NCBI GenBank assembly: GCA_041178225.1
Contig: JBEGVV010000049.1
Coordinates: 936 to 64,935 of the forward strand
Reading direction: 5' to 3'
DNA: 64,000 nt
Source of the DNA: Pseudomonadota bacterium
GTDB lineage: Bacteria > Pseudomonadota > Alphaproteobacteria > CACIAM-22H2
Shown here: positions 1 through 7,244 of the stretch, in pieces
Layout of the letters: the number at the start of each line of letters is the position of its first letter
How positions within the stretch are numbered: position 1 is the stretch's first letter
Translations under genes and position numbers: made by a program
Notes under the pieces: model-generated
Databases searched by the model: none
Seen by the model: the letters and a program-made list of their open reading frames with translations, nothing else
What the model was told of the DNA's origin: nothing

Positions 1-33
1 CGCGGCTGAACTCTCGGACAGGAAGGCCCACGC

Positions 34-771
34 ATGAACGCGCTCGACCTCTCGGTCAACGTCGACCACGTCGCCACGCTGCGCAACGCGCGCGGCGGCG
101 ACTTTCCCTGCCCGGTCGAGGCGGCGCGCGTCGCGATCGCGTCTGGCGCGCAGGGCATCACGGTCCACCTGCGCGAGGATCGCCGACACATCCGCGACCG
201 CGACGTCGAGCGCATCCGCGCCGAGGTCGCGGCGCCGCTCAACTTCGAGATGGCGGCGACCGAGGAGATGGTCGCCATCGCCGAGCGGCTGCGCCCGCCC
301 GCGTGCTGCATCGTGCCGGAGAAGCGCGCGGAGCTGACGACCGAGGGCGGCCTCGACCTGCTGCGGCCCTCGGCCTTCCTGCCCTCGGCCATCGCGCGGC
401 TGCGCGGCGCGGGCGTGCGCGTCTCGATCTTCGTCGAGGCCGACGCGCGCCAGATCGAGGCCGCGGCGCGGCTCGGCGCGAACTGCGTCGAGCTGCATAC
501 CGGGCCCTATGCCGACGCGCCGGCCGAGGCGCGCGGCCCGCATCTCGCGCGGCTGCGCGCCGGGGCTGCCGCCGCGCGCGCGGCGGGGCTGCTCTGCCAC
601 GCCGGGCACGGGCTCGCCTATGACAGCGTCGGCGACATCGCGCGCATGCCCGAGGTCTCGGAGGTCTCGATCGGGCATTTCCTGGTGTCGCGATCCGTGT
701 TCGAGGGACTGCCGGCGACGATCGCGCGCTTCCTCGACATCATCGCGCAGGCGCGTCGAGCCGCCCGATAG
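34..771 (+). CDS. pdxJ: Pyridoxine 5'-phosphate synthase
   Basis: 245-aa ORF. Motifs VNVDHVATLRNARG, ITVHLREDRRHI and HAGHGL are typical of PdxJ. GC3 is high. Confidence 0.9.
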   Translation: MNALDLSVNVDHVATLRNARGGDFPCPVEAARVAIASGAQGITVHLREDRRHIRDRDVERIRAEVAAPLNFEMAATEEMVAIAERLRPPACCIVPEKRAELTTEGGLDLLRPSAFLPSAIARLRGAGVRVSIFVEADARQIEAAARLGANCVELHTGPYADAPAEARGPHLARLRAGAAAARAAGLLCHAGHGLAYDSVGDIARMPEVSEVSIGHFLVSRSVFEGLPATIARFLDIIAQARRAAR

Positions 772-886
772 CCGCGCGCGGGGGTGGAGCGAGGCCAGCC
801 TGCCCCCGGGGCGCTCAGGGCAGCGCGCGACGATGCCGCCCAGCGCCATCCCGGCGGGCGCGACGCGCGGCAGCGCCACCTCGAAA

Positions 887-2521
887 TCATGATGGAGACT
901 GGCCCGGCTCCCCGGCCGCGCGAGCGCCGTCCTCCCGCGTGCTGCAGACCAGCCTGCCGACATCGCGCTCCAGCGCCGTCGCGGCGCCCTCCCGGGCGAT
1001 GGCCGAGGCAAGCCGCCCTGGCCCTGCGGCGATCGCGACCTGCCGCATCATGCTGACCAGCTGCCTGAACTGCTCGAGCGCCGCCTCCGGGTCGCGGGCC
1101 GCCGCGTCGAGATGCAGGGGGCCATTGCCCTGGCCTCCCGCCTTGCCCTCGCGCCTCGCGCGCTCGAGCAGGCGGTTGACCTCGTCCTGCGTGACGTGGA
1201 GCCGCTTGGCCTCGGCCGCGATGAACGCCTCCTCGGCCGCGTCGATCTTGCCGTCGGCGAGCGCCTTGGTGAGTTCCTCGAGCAGAGTTTCCCGCTCGAT
1301 CCGCAGCTGGTCGATGAAGGCCGCGGACAGGATGCCCGAGGGGATCGCGACCAGGGCGATTCCGGTGATCGACACCACGACCGTGAACATCCTGCCCAGC
1401 GGCGTCACCGGCGTGAGGTCGCCGTAGCCGACGCTGGCGAGCGTGACCACGGCCCAGTAGATGGCCTGGGGGATGTTCTCGAACTTCTCCGGCTGGCTCG
1501 CGTGCTCGAACAGGTAGCCGAGGCTCGCCGTCATCACGATGACGAGCAGCAGCACGAAGAGCGAGGCCGTGAGCACCGGCCACTCGCGCCGGATCCCCTG
1601 CATCACGACCGCGGTGGCGTTGTTGAAGCGCGTGAGCTTCAGCAGCCGCATCATGCGGAAGATGCGCAGGAACCTCAGGTCGAAGAGGTGGTGGAGGAAG
1701 GCCTCGAGGAAGAACGGCAGGACCGCCGCAAGGTCGATCATCGCGCCACCGGAGCGCGCGAAGCGCAGCCGCCCCGCGACGGCCCGGCGGTAGCGCTCGT
1801 CCTCGACGCAGGAATAGATGCGCAGCAGGTACTCGAGGGTGAAGATGGCGACGGAGAGCGTGTCGAGGACCACGAACTCCACGTTGAGGTGGTAGTGGAT
1901 GCCCTCGACCGACTCCAGCACCACGCCGAGCACCGACACGAGGACGCAGGCGACGATGAACGTGTCGAAGTACTGGTGCAGCCTGCCCCCGTGCTCCGAC
2001 GGCCAGACCAGCGCGTGGACATGCTGTCGGAAGCTGCGGCCGCGGTTGAGCTCGCGGAACTCCGCATAGGCGGGCACGAGCATGCGCAGCAGCTTGAACA
2101 GGCGAAGCAGCCGCAGCGCGCGCAGGAGCCGCAGGTCGAGCTCGACGAAGGCCGCGAGGTAGAACGGCAGGATCGCCAGCAGGTCGATCATGGCGTAGGG
2201 GCTCGCCAGGTACCCGAGGCGGGGGAAGCGGGCCCGCGCGAAGGCCGGGTCCTCGGGCGCCACGTAGAGGCGCAGGAGGTACTCGACCGTGAAGAGCACC
2301 AGCGACGCGATGTCGAAGACGTGGAACCACGCAGCGTAGGGCTGGTGGATCGCCGGCACCTGCTCGAGCGCGATCGCCGCGACGTTGAGGATGATGACCG
2401 CCGCGACGCCGTTCTCGACGAAGCGATGCAGGTTGCCTGGCCGCGCCGGGTCGAAGAGCAGCGAGAAGGTCGCCCGGCGCAGCGATGCCATCCTGCCGGT
2501 CCGGGGGCCGGCGGCGTCCAT
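887..2521 (-). CDS. Voltage-gated K+ channel-like protein with two tandem voltage-sensor units and one pore
   Basis: In-frame ATG at 2521 inside track ORF 887..2809; the upstream part is Arg-rich junk. Two successive S1-S4-like units each have an S4 with R/K every third residue (LRLLRALRLLRLFKLLR and LRFLRIFRMMRLLKLTR). These are followed by a pore helix, the TLASVGYGD selectivity filter, S6 and a helical cytoplasmic tail. Confidence 0.75.
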   Translation of the reverse strand: MDAAGPRTGRMASLRRATFSLLFDPARPGNLHRFVENGVAAVIILNVAAIALEQVPAIHQPYAAWFHVFDIASLVLFTVEYLLRLYVAPEDPAFARARFPRLGYLASPYAMIDLLAILPFYLAAFVELDLRLLRALRLLRLFKLLRMLVPAYAEFRELNRGRSFRQHVHALVWPSEHGGRLHQYFDTFIVACVLVSVLGVVLESVEGIHYHLNVEFVVLDTLSVAIFTLEYLLRIYSCVEDERYRRAVAGRLRFARSGGAMIDLAAVLPFFLEAFLHHLFDLRFLRIFRMMRLLKLTRFNNATAVVMQGIRREWPVLTASLFVLLLVIVMTASLGYLFEHASQPEKFENIPQAIYWAVVTLASVGYGDLTPVTPLGRMFTVVVSITGIALVAIPSGILSAAFIDQLRIERETLLEELTKALADGKIDAAEEAFIAAEAKRLHVTQDEVNRLLERARREGKAGGQGNGPLHLDAAARDPEAALEQFRQLVSMMRQVAIAAGPGRLASAIAREGAATALERDVGRLVCSTREDGARAAGEPGQSPS

Positions 2522-3123
2522 CAGAACCTCACCTCGCGCACCGTCACGGGCTCGCCCCAGCGGCCGCAGACGCGAACGCGCAGGACGAGTTCGCGATCGA
2601 TCGCCTCCTCGTCCGCGACCGGGGCGAAGGACGTCCCGGTCGTCCCGGCGGAGAACCACTCCGTGCCCTTCTCGAAGACGATCGTCCCGCGCGCCGCGGG
2701 ATCCTCGGTCGAGCACGCCTTGCCGAAGGCCTGGTTGCCGGCGACGAAGCCGTTCGCGAACGCGGCGATGTCCGGCGCGGAGCGGATGGCCGACAGGCAG
2801 GCGCTCCATCCGGCGGGCGTCGCGCCAGGCGCGTGGCGCGCGCAGGCGGCCGGGTCGGCCGCCGCTGTCCCGCGGGTGGCGGCGATCGCCTCGAGGCGGG
2901 CGACGACGTGCTCGGCGTTGCGCTTGAGCTGCTCGAGGTCATGCGCCGCGCGATAGGAGCCGACGCCAAGCGCCGCTATGCCGGCGAGCGTCGCCACGGC
3001 GAGGACGAGGAATGCGACGTCCCATGAGCGGATCGCGATCCCGCGCGCCCGCTGCGAGGCGACTGCCTCATTCGCCATTCCCGATGTCCCGCCCATTGCG
3101 GCTACTGCGCCTCTCGACCGCAC
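2521..3123 (-). CDS. Hypothetical single-pass membrane protein, translationally coupled to the K+ channel
   Basis: 200-aa ORF with a GTG start at 3123; alternative ATGs lie at 3096 and 3078. It has one N-terminal TM helix (WDVAFLVLAVATLAGIAALGV) and four Cys in the predicted extracytoplasmic part. Its TGA overlaps the channel ATG (ATGA at 2519-2523). I recognise no family. Confidence 0.5.
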   Translation of the reverse strand: MRSRGAVAAMGGTSGMANEAVASQRARGIAIRSWDVAFLVLAVATLAGIAALGVGSYRAAHDLEQLKRNAEHVVARLEAIAATRGTAAADPAACARHAPGATPAGWSACLSAIRSAPDIAAFANGFVAGNQAFGKACSTEDPAARGTIVFEKGTEWFSAGTTGTSFAPVADEEAIDRELVLRVRVCGRWGEPVTVREVRF

Positions 3124-3161
3124 GGCCGGGCAGGAATTCGCATCCGCTCCGGATGAACTCC

Positions 3162-3190
3162 TTTACAAGACAGCTTAGCTGTCTTATATT
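3162..3190 (+). promoter_or_regulatory. Putative MerR-type promoter/operator: TTTACA, a 19-bp perfect palindrome, then TATATT
   Basis: TTTACA lies at 3162-3167 and TATATT at 3185-3190. The spacer is filled by the perfect palindrome AAGACAGCT-T-AGCTGTCTT (3167-3185). The merR-like ATG at 3197 is 7 nt after the -10 element. The site sits in the 73-bp divergent intergenic region. Confidence 0.5.
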
Positions 3191-3196
3191 GGTGTC

Positions 3197-3670
3197 ATGT
3201 TAAGGGATCAGCCAAGCTTCGGCATCGACGAGATCGCGAGCCTCGCGGAACTGCCCCGCCGCACGGTGCGCTACTACATCCAGGCCGGCCTCGTTGACCC
3301 GCCCGACGGCGCCGGGCGCGGCGCGCGCTACGGCAGGCGGCATGTCGAGCAACTGCTGCAGGTCCGGAAGTGGCAGCTCGCCGGCCTTTCGCTCGAGCGC
3401 ATCGCAGAGATCATGCGCCGCCCCGACGCCGACACGCCGCTGCCGCCGGCGCCGCGACGCCCCGGCACGGTCGAGGTCTGGAGCCACCTCGTCGTCGCCG
3501 ATGGCGTCGAGATCACGCTCGAGCCCGGGCGCGCCGGCCTCGCGCCCGAGCAGGTGCGCGCGTTCTTCCGCGCCGTCGTCGACATCCATGCCCGGATCCG
3601 CGGCCAGCAGGCCGCATCCCCCGTTTCCACCCAGGGTCGCGCCACCGATGGCGCGCAGAGCGAGGACTGA
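3197..3670 (+). CDS. MerR-family transcriptional regulator
   Basis: N-terminal HTH IDEIASLAELPRRTVRYYIQAGLV followed by GRGARY and a coiled segment is typical of MerR. I do not recognise the C-terminal ~80 aa as a known effector domain. Confidence 0.85.
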   Translation: MLRDQPSFGIDEIASLAELPRRTVRYYIQAGLVDPPDGAGRGARYGRRHVEQLLQVRKWQLAGLSLERIAEIMRRPDADTPLPPAPRRPGTVEVWSHLVVADGVEITLEPGRAGLAPEQVRAFFRAVVDIHARIRGQQAASPVSTQGRATDGAQSED

Positions 3671-3673
3671 ACC

Positions 3674-5977
3674 ATGAGCAGGATCACCACCCGCGCCGCT
3701 CGCGGCAGGAGGCCCGCCGCCAGCGAGGCCCCCGCCGACCGCCCGCCGGTCGCGCTCGAGGGCCTCCGCGTCGAGGCGTCGATCGATGGCGCGATGTCGG
3801 AGGTCGCCGTCGAGCAGGCCTACCGCAACGCCGAGGACAAGGCGATCGAGGCGGTCTACACCTTCCCCCTGCCGATCGACGCCGTGCTCCTCGACATCCA
3901 TGTCGAGATCGGCGGCAGGCGGCTGCGCGGCTCCATCGTGCGCATCGACCAGGCGCGCGAGACCTACGAGGCGGCGGTCGAGGACGGCGACGGCGCCTTC
4001 ATGCTCGAGCAGGCCGAGCCGGGCCTGTTCACGCTCAACGCAGGCAATCTGCGGCCCGGCGAGTCGGCGCGCATCCGCTTCTCCTACGCGATCGCGAACC
4101 GCTGGTCGGGCGATCGCCTGCGCTTCTTCCTGCCGACCACGGTCGCGCCGCGCTACGGCCACTGGTCCATCGCGCCGCATGCCGTGCCGCAGGCGAGCAT
4201 CATGGCCGAGAACCGCTTCTCCCTGCGCATCGCGCTGGGCGCGGACCTGCGCGAGGCGCGGGTCAACTGCCCTTCCCACCGCCTCGAGCAGCGCGAGCAG
4301 GACGGGCGCATCGTGCTCGTCCTCGCCGACGAGAGCGCGGCGATGGACCGCGACCTCGTGCTCGAGGTCAGGCACGCGCATCCGCGGCCGAGCTTCGCCC
4401 TGGTCGGCGAGGACAGGGGCGGGGTCGTCGCGATGGCGAGCTTCCAGCCCTTCATGCCCGGGCTCGAGCAACGCCAGGCGGTCGACGCGGTCGCGGTGAT
4501 CGACTGCTCCGGCTCGATGGCCGGCTCGTCGATCGCCCAGGCGCGCAAGGCGATGGACGCGGTGATACGCGGGCTGGAGCAGGGCGACCGCATGGGCATG
4601 ATCGCCTTCGGCAGCTCGACCCGCCCGCTCCAGGGCGGGCGACGCGCCTGCGACGCGACCGGCATCGAGGCGCTGCTGGGCTTCGCCGGCGGGCTGGAAG
4701 CCGATCTCGGCGGCACCGAGATCGGCGCCGCGCTGCGCGAGGCGATCGCCATGGCGCGGGGCGGCGCGCGTACCGCCGACATCTTCCTCGTCACCGACGG
4801 CGAGGTCGCGAACTGGGAGGGCATCGTCCAGGACGCGCGCGCGGCAGGCCTGCGCATCTTCGCGGTCGGTGTCGGCCATGCCGTGCACGAGGCCTTCCTG
4901 CGCGCGCTCGCCGATGCGACGGGCGGCGCCTGCGAGTTCGTGACCCCCGACGAGGCGATGGCCGGGCGCATCCAGCGCCATTTCGAGCGCATGCGCGCGC
5001 CCCGCGCCACCGAGGTCGCCTTCGCCTGGCCCGAGGGCTCCACGCAGCTCGCCCCCGACGCGCCACCCGCGATCTACGCGGGCGACACGGTGCATGCCTT
5101 CGCCCGCCTCGGCGCCACCGCGGCGCCGGGCAGCGTGATGCTCGAGTTCGTGACCGAGGACGGGCTGCGCCACCGCCAGCGCGTCGAGCTCTCGGGGCCG
5201 GTGGCCGAGGGCACGGAGGGCCGCCCCTCGACCGTCGCGCGCCTCGCGGCCGCCGCGCGTCTTTCCTCGCTGCCGGCGGAGGAGGCCGCGGAGCTCGCGC
5301 TCGCCTGCCAGCTCCTTTCGCCGCACACCGCCTGGGTGGTGGTCGACGAGCGCGCCGCCGCGGAGAAGACGGACGGCATGCCCGGGCTGCGCAGGGTCGA
5401 GCACATGCTCGCGGCCGGCTGGGGAGGTGCAGGCGCCACGTTGTCCGTCATGCGCAGCGAGATAGCTGGCGGCTCGATGCGCGAAATGACCTGCTTCGAC
5501 GACACAAGCGATTTACGGGAAGCCCGGCGTCCCCGCACGCGGCGCGACGACGTGGTCGCGCAGCTCCTTCGCGATGGCGGGCATTGCGAGGACGGCAGCA
5601 TCGCCCATGCCGCAGGGCTCTCGGGCGAATACGACGCGCTGCGCCGGGGCGCGATGGGCGAAGGCATCGGGCGCCTCGCCGGCATGGCGCTCGAGCTCGC
5701 GATCCTCGACGCGCTCGGCTTGAGCGGCCGGCGCGAGCTGCAGGACATCGCGCGGGCGAGGCTGGCGGCAGAGTTGCGCATGGGCCTGGAGCGTCTCGGT
5801 CGCCTCGAGGAGATGGCCCGGGAATTCGAGCGCGCCGCCGTCCCGTTGCTCGGGAACATCGGCGGGGTAGGCGACCACTTGCGCATGATCATCTTGGAGG
5901 CGAGGGCGATGATCGAGCACGCCCGCCAGATGACGGGCAAGATCAAGGCCAGCCTCGACCAACAGGCCAGGGGATGA
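3674..5977 (+). CDS. VIT and von Willebrand factor A domain protein, predicted cytoplasmic
   Basis: VIT-like N-terminus (VAVEQAYRNAEDKAIEAVYTFPLP). vWA domain with MIDAS motif DCSGS (VAVIDCSGSMAG). No signal peptide or TM helix. A ~230-aa helical C-terminal extension. The start is 3 nt after the merR stop. Confidence 0.85.
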   Translation: MSRITTRAARGRRPAASEAPADRPPVALEGLRVEASIDGAMSEVAVEQAYRNAEDKAIEAVYTFPLPIDAVLLDIHVEIGGRRLRGSIVRIDQARETYEAAVEDGDGAFMLEQAEPGLFTLNAGNLRPGESARIRFSYAIANRWSGDRLRFFLPTTVAPRYGHWSIAPHAVPQASIMAENRFSLRIALGADLREARVNCPSHRLEQREQDGRIVLVLADESAAMDRDLVLEVRHAHPRPSFALVGEDRGGVVAMASFQPFMPGLEQRQAVDAVAVIDCSGSMAGSSIAQARKAMDAVIRGLEQGDRMGMIAFGSSTRPLQGGRRACDATGIEALLGFAGGLEADLGGTEIGAALREAIAMARGGARTADIFLVTDGEVANWEGIVQDARAAGLRIFAVGVGHAVHEAFLRALADATGGACEFVTPDEAMAGRIQRHFERMRAPRATEVAFAWPEGSTQLAPDAPPAIYAGDTVHAFARLGATAAPGSVMLEFVTEDGLRHRQRVELSGPVAEGTEGRPSTVARLAAAARLSSLPAEEAAELALACQLLSPHTAWVVVDERAAAEKTDGMPGLRRVEHMLAAGWGGAGATLSVMRSEIAGGSMREMTCFDDTSDLREARRPRTRRDDVVAQLLRDGGHCEDGSIAHAAGLSGEYDALRRGAMGEGIGRLAGMALELAILDALGLSGRRELQDIARARLAAELRMGLERLGRLEEMAREFERAAVPLLGNIGGVGDHLRMIILEARAMIEHARQMTGKIKASLDQQARG

Positions 5978-5985
5978 GCAAGGGT

Positions 5986-6014
5986 CGCCCGCGCCCCTCG
6001 CCGGGGCGCGGGCG
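5986..6014. terminator. GC-rich hairpin between convergent genes; candidate bidirectional terminator
   Basis: A 12-bp perfect stem (5986-5997 pairing with 6003-6014) with a 5-nt loop TCGCC. It lies between the stop codons at 5977 (+) and 6018 (-). No U-tract. Confidence 0.45.
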
Positions 6015-6017
6015 GCC

Positions 6018-6746
6018 TCACTCCACGACGGGATAATGCGGGCGGCCCCAGTCGCGGCCGGGATTGTCCATCATCACGTCGATGAAGATCGGCAGCAGCC
6101 AGCCAAGCACGGCCGCGCCATCCCGCACCTGGTCGCGGTTGACCGCCCCGTTCCACGTCGCGCCACCATGCACGAGCTGGTTGCGCAGCACGTAGAGCCG
6201 GTCGAAGACCAGCACGAGGAGGCGCGAGGTCTCTCGCCGCTCGACCGCGAGGCGGGCGCCTCGCCGGGTGGCCTCGAGCATCTCCTCCCACCCCGCGTGG
6301 CCGGGCACGCCGTTGTGATGGGCCCAGAACGGCGCGAAGACGTAGCGGTTCTCCAGCAGGATCCGGAATTCCTGCGCGAAGCGTTCCCAGACCGCGGCGT
6401 AGATGCGCTGCTCCCGGTCGAGGTCGACGATCACGTCGAAAAACGCATTGAAGCGATCGCGCTCGCCGCCCGCTGCGCCCTCGTCGTCGAGGTTCGCGGC
6501 ATAGGCCGCGTTGAACGCGACCCAGAGCAGGATGAACCGCACGTCGTCGTCCTTCGCCTCCCGCTCCGCGCGGTCGAGCCAGCTCAGCGCGCGATGGACG
6601 CGAAGTCCAAGTCCCTCCGGGAAGCCGTCACGCAGCTTGCGCTGCTTGTCCTTCAGGGCCGAATGCTCGAGCCCGGCGCGCGGATGCGATCGCCGCGGCG
6701 AGACGGCGCGCGGCCCGCCCCCGCCCGGCTTCGCGCGTGGCGCCAT
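6018..6746 (-). CDS. Hypothetical protein with HEPN-like Rx4H motif (possible RNase)
   Basis: 242-aa ORF. A GGAGG Shine-Dalgarno lies inside the end of msrB, with a 6-nt gap to the msrB stop. The C-terminal LRNQLVHG (R188-H193, nt 6168-6185) fits the HEPN R-x4-H signature within an all-helical protein. Confidence 0.5.
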   Translation of the reverse strand: MAPRAKPGGGGPRAVSPRRSHPRAGLEHSALKDKQRKLRDGFPEGLGLRVHRALSWLDRAEREAKDDDVRFILLWVAFNAAYAANLDDEGAAGGERDRFNAFFDVIVDLDREQRIYAAVWERFAQEFRILLENRYVFAPFWAHHNGVPGHAGWEEMLEATRRGARLAVERRETSRLLVLVFDRLYVLRNQLVHGGATWNGAVNRDQVRDGAAVLGWLLPIFIDVMMDNPGRDWGRPHYPVVE

Positions 6747-6752
6747 CGCCGG

Positions 6753-7175
6753 TCAGCCCTCCTCGGGCTGGAAGTCGAGGGCGAGGCCGTTCATGCAGTA
6801 GCGCAGGCCGGTGGGCCGCGGCCCGTCCTCGAAGACATGGCCGAGATGGCCGCCGCAGCGGCGGCAATGGACCTCGGTGCGCGTCATCCACAGCGTGCGG
6901 TCGGTCCGCGTGCCGATCGCGCCGTCGAGCGGCTCCCAGAAGCTCGGCCAGCCCGAGCCGCTCTCGTACTTCGTGCCCGCGTCGAAGAGCGCGTTGCCGC
7001 AGCCCGCGCAGAGGAAGCGGCCGGGACGCTTCTCGGCGTTGAGCGGGCTGGTGCCCGCGCGCTCCGTGCGATGCCGGCGCAGGATCGCGTAGCGCTCCGG
7101 CGACAGGCGCGCCCGCCATTCCTCGTCGTCCAGGACGAACTCGAAGCCGCCCTCGCCTGCCTGGTCGCCCGACAT
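6753..7175 (-). CDS. msrB: Peptide-methionine (R)-S-oxide reductase
   Basis: Two CxxC pairs (CAGCG, CRRCGGHLGHVF) and GWPSF are typical of MsrB. I used the ATG at 7175 (MSGDQ...). Confidence 0.9.
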   Translation of the reverse strand: MSGDQAGEGGFEFVLDDEEWRARLSPERYAILRRHRTERAGTSPLNAEKRPGRFLCAGCGNALFDAGTKYESGSGWPSFWEPLDGAIGTRTDRTLWMTRTEVHCRRCGGHLGHVFEDGPRPTGLRYCMNGLALDFQPEEG

Positions 7176-7244
7176 CCCTGCCCTCCGCAGCCATCCATCC
7201 GCGCGGGCACGATCCTGCACCGCGCCGACGCCGGGCGGTAGGCC

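Noticed and set aside
772-886. Intrinsic terminator between convergent pdxJ and the K+ channel gene
   Set aside because: Only 5-bp stems are present (GCGCT/AGCGC, and GGGGG/CCCCC with an 18-nt loop). These are too weak to call.
1112-2956. 614-aa plus-strand ORF opposite the K+ channel gene
   Set aside because: Same artefact class: Arg/Asp/Glu/His-rich nonsense. The minus-strand frame encodes a coherent channel with a GYGD filter.
3200-5404. 734-aa ORF on the minus strand, antisense to the merR and VIT-vWA genes
   Set aside because: The composition is Arg/Gly/Ala/Pro-rich and low-complexity, with no recognisable motifs. It is fully overlapped by two plus-strand genes with clear domain signatures. 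This is a typical GC-rich antisense artefact.
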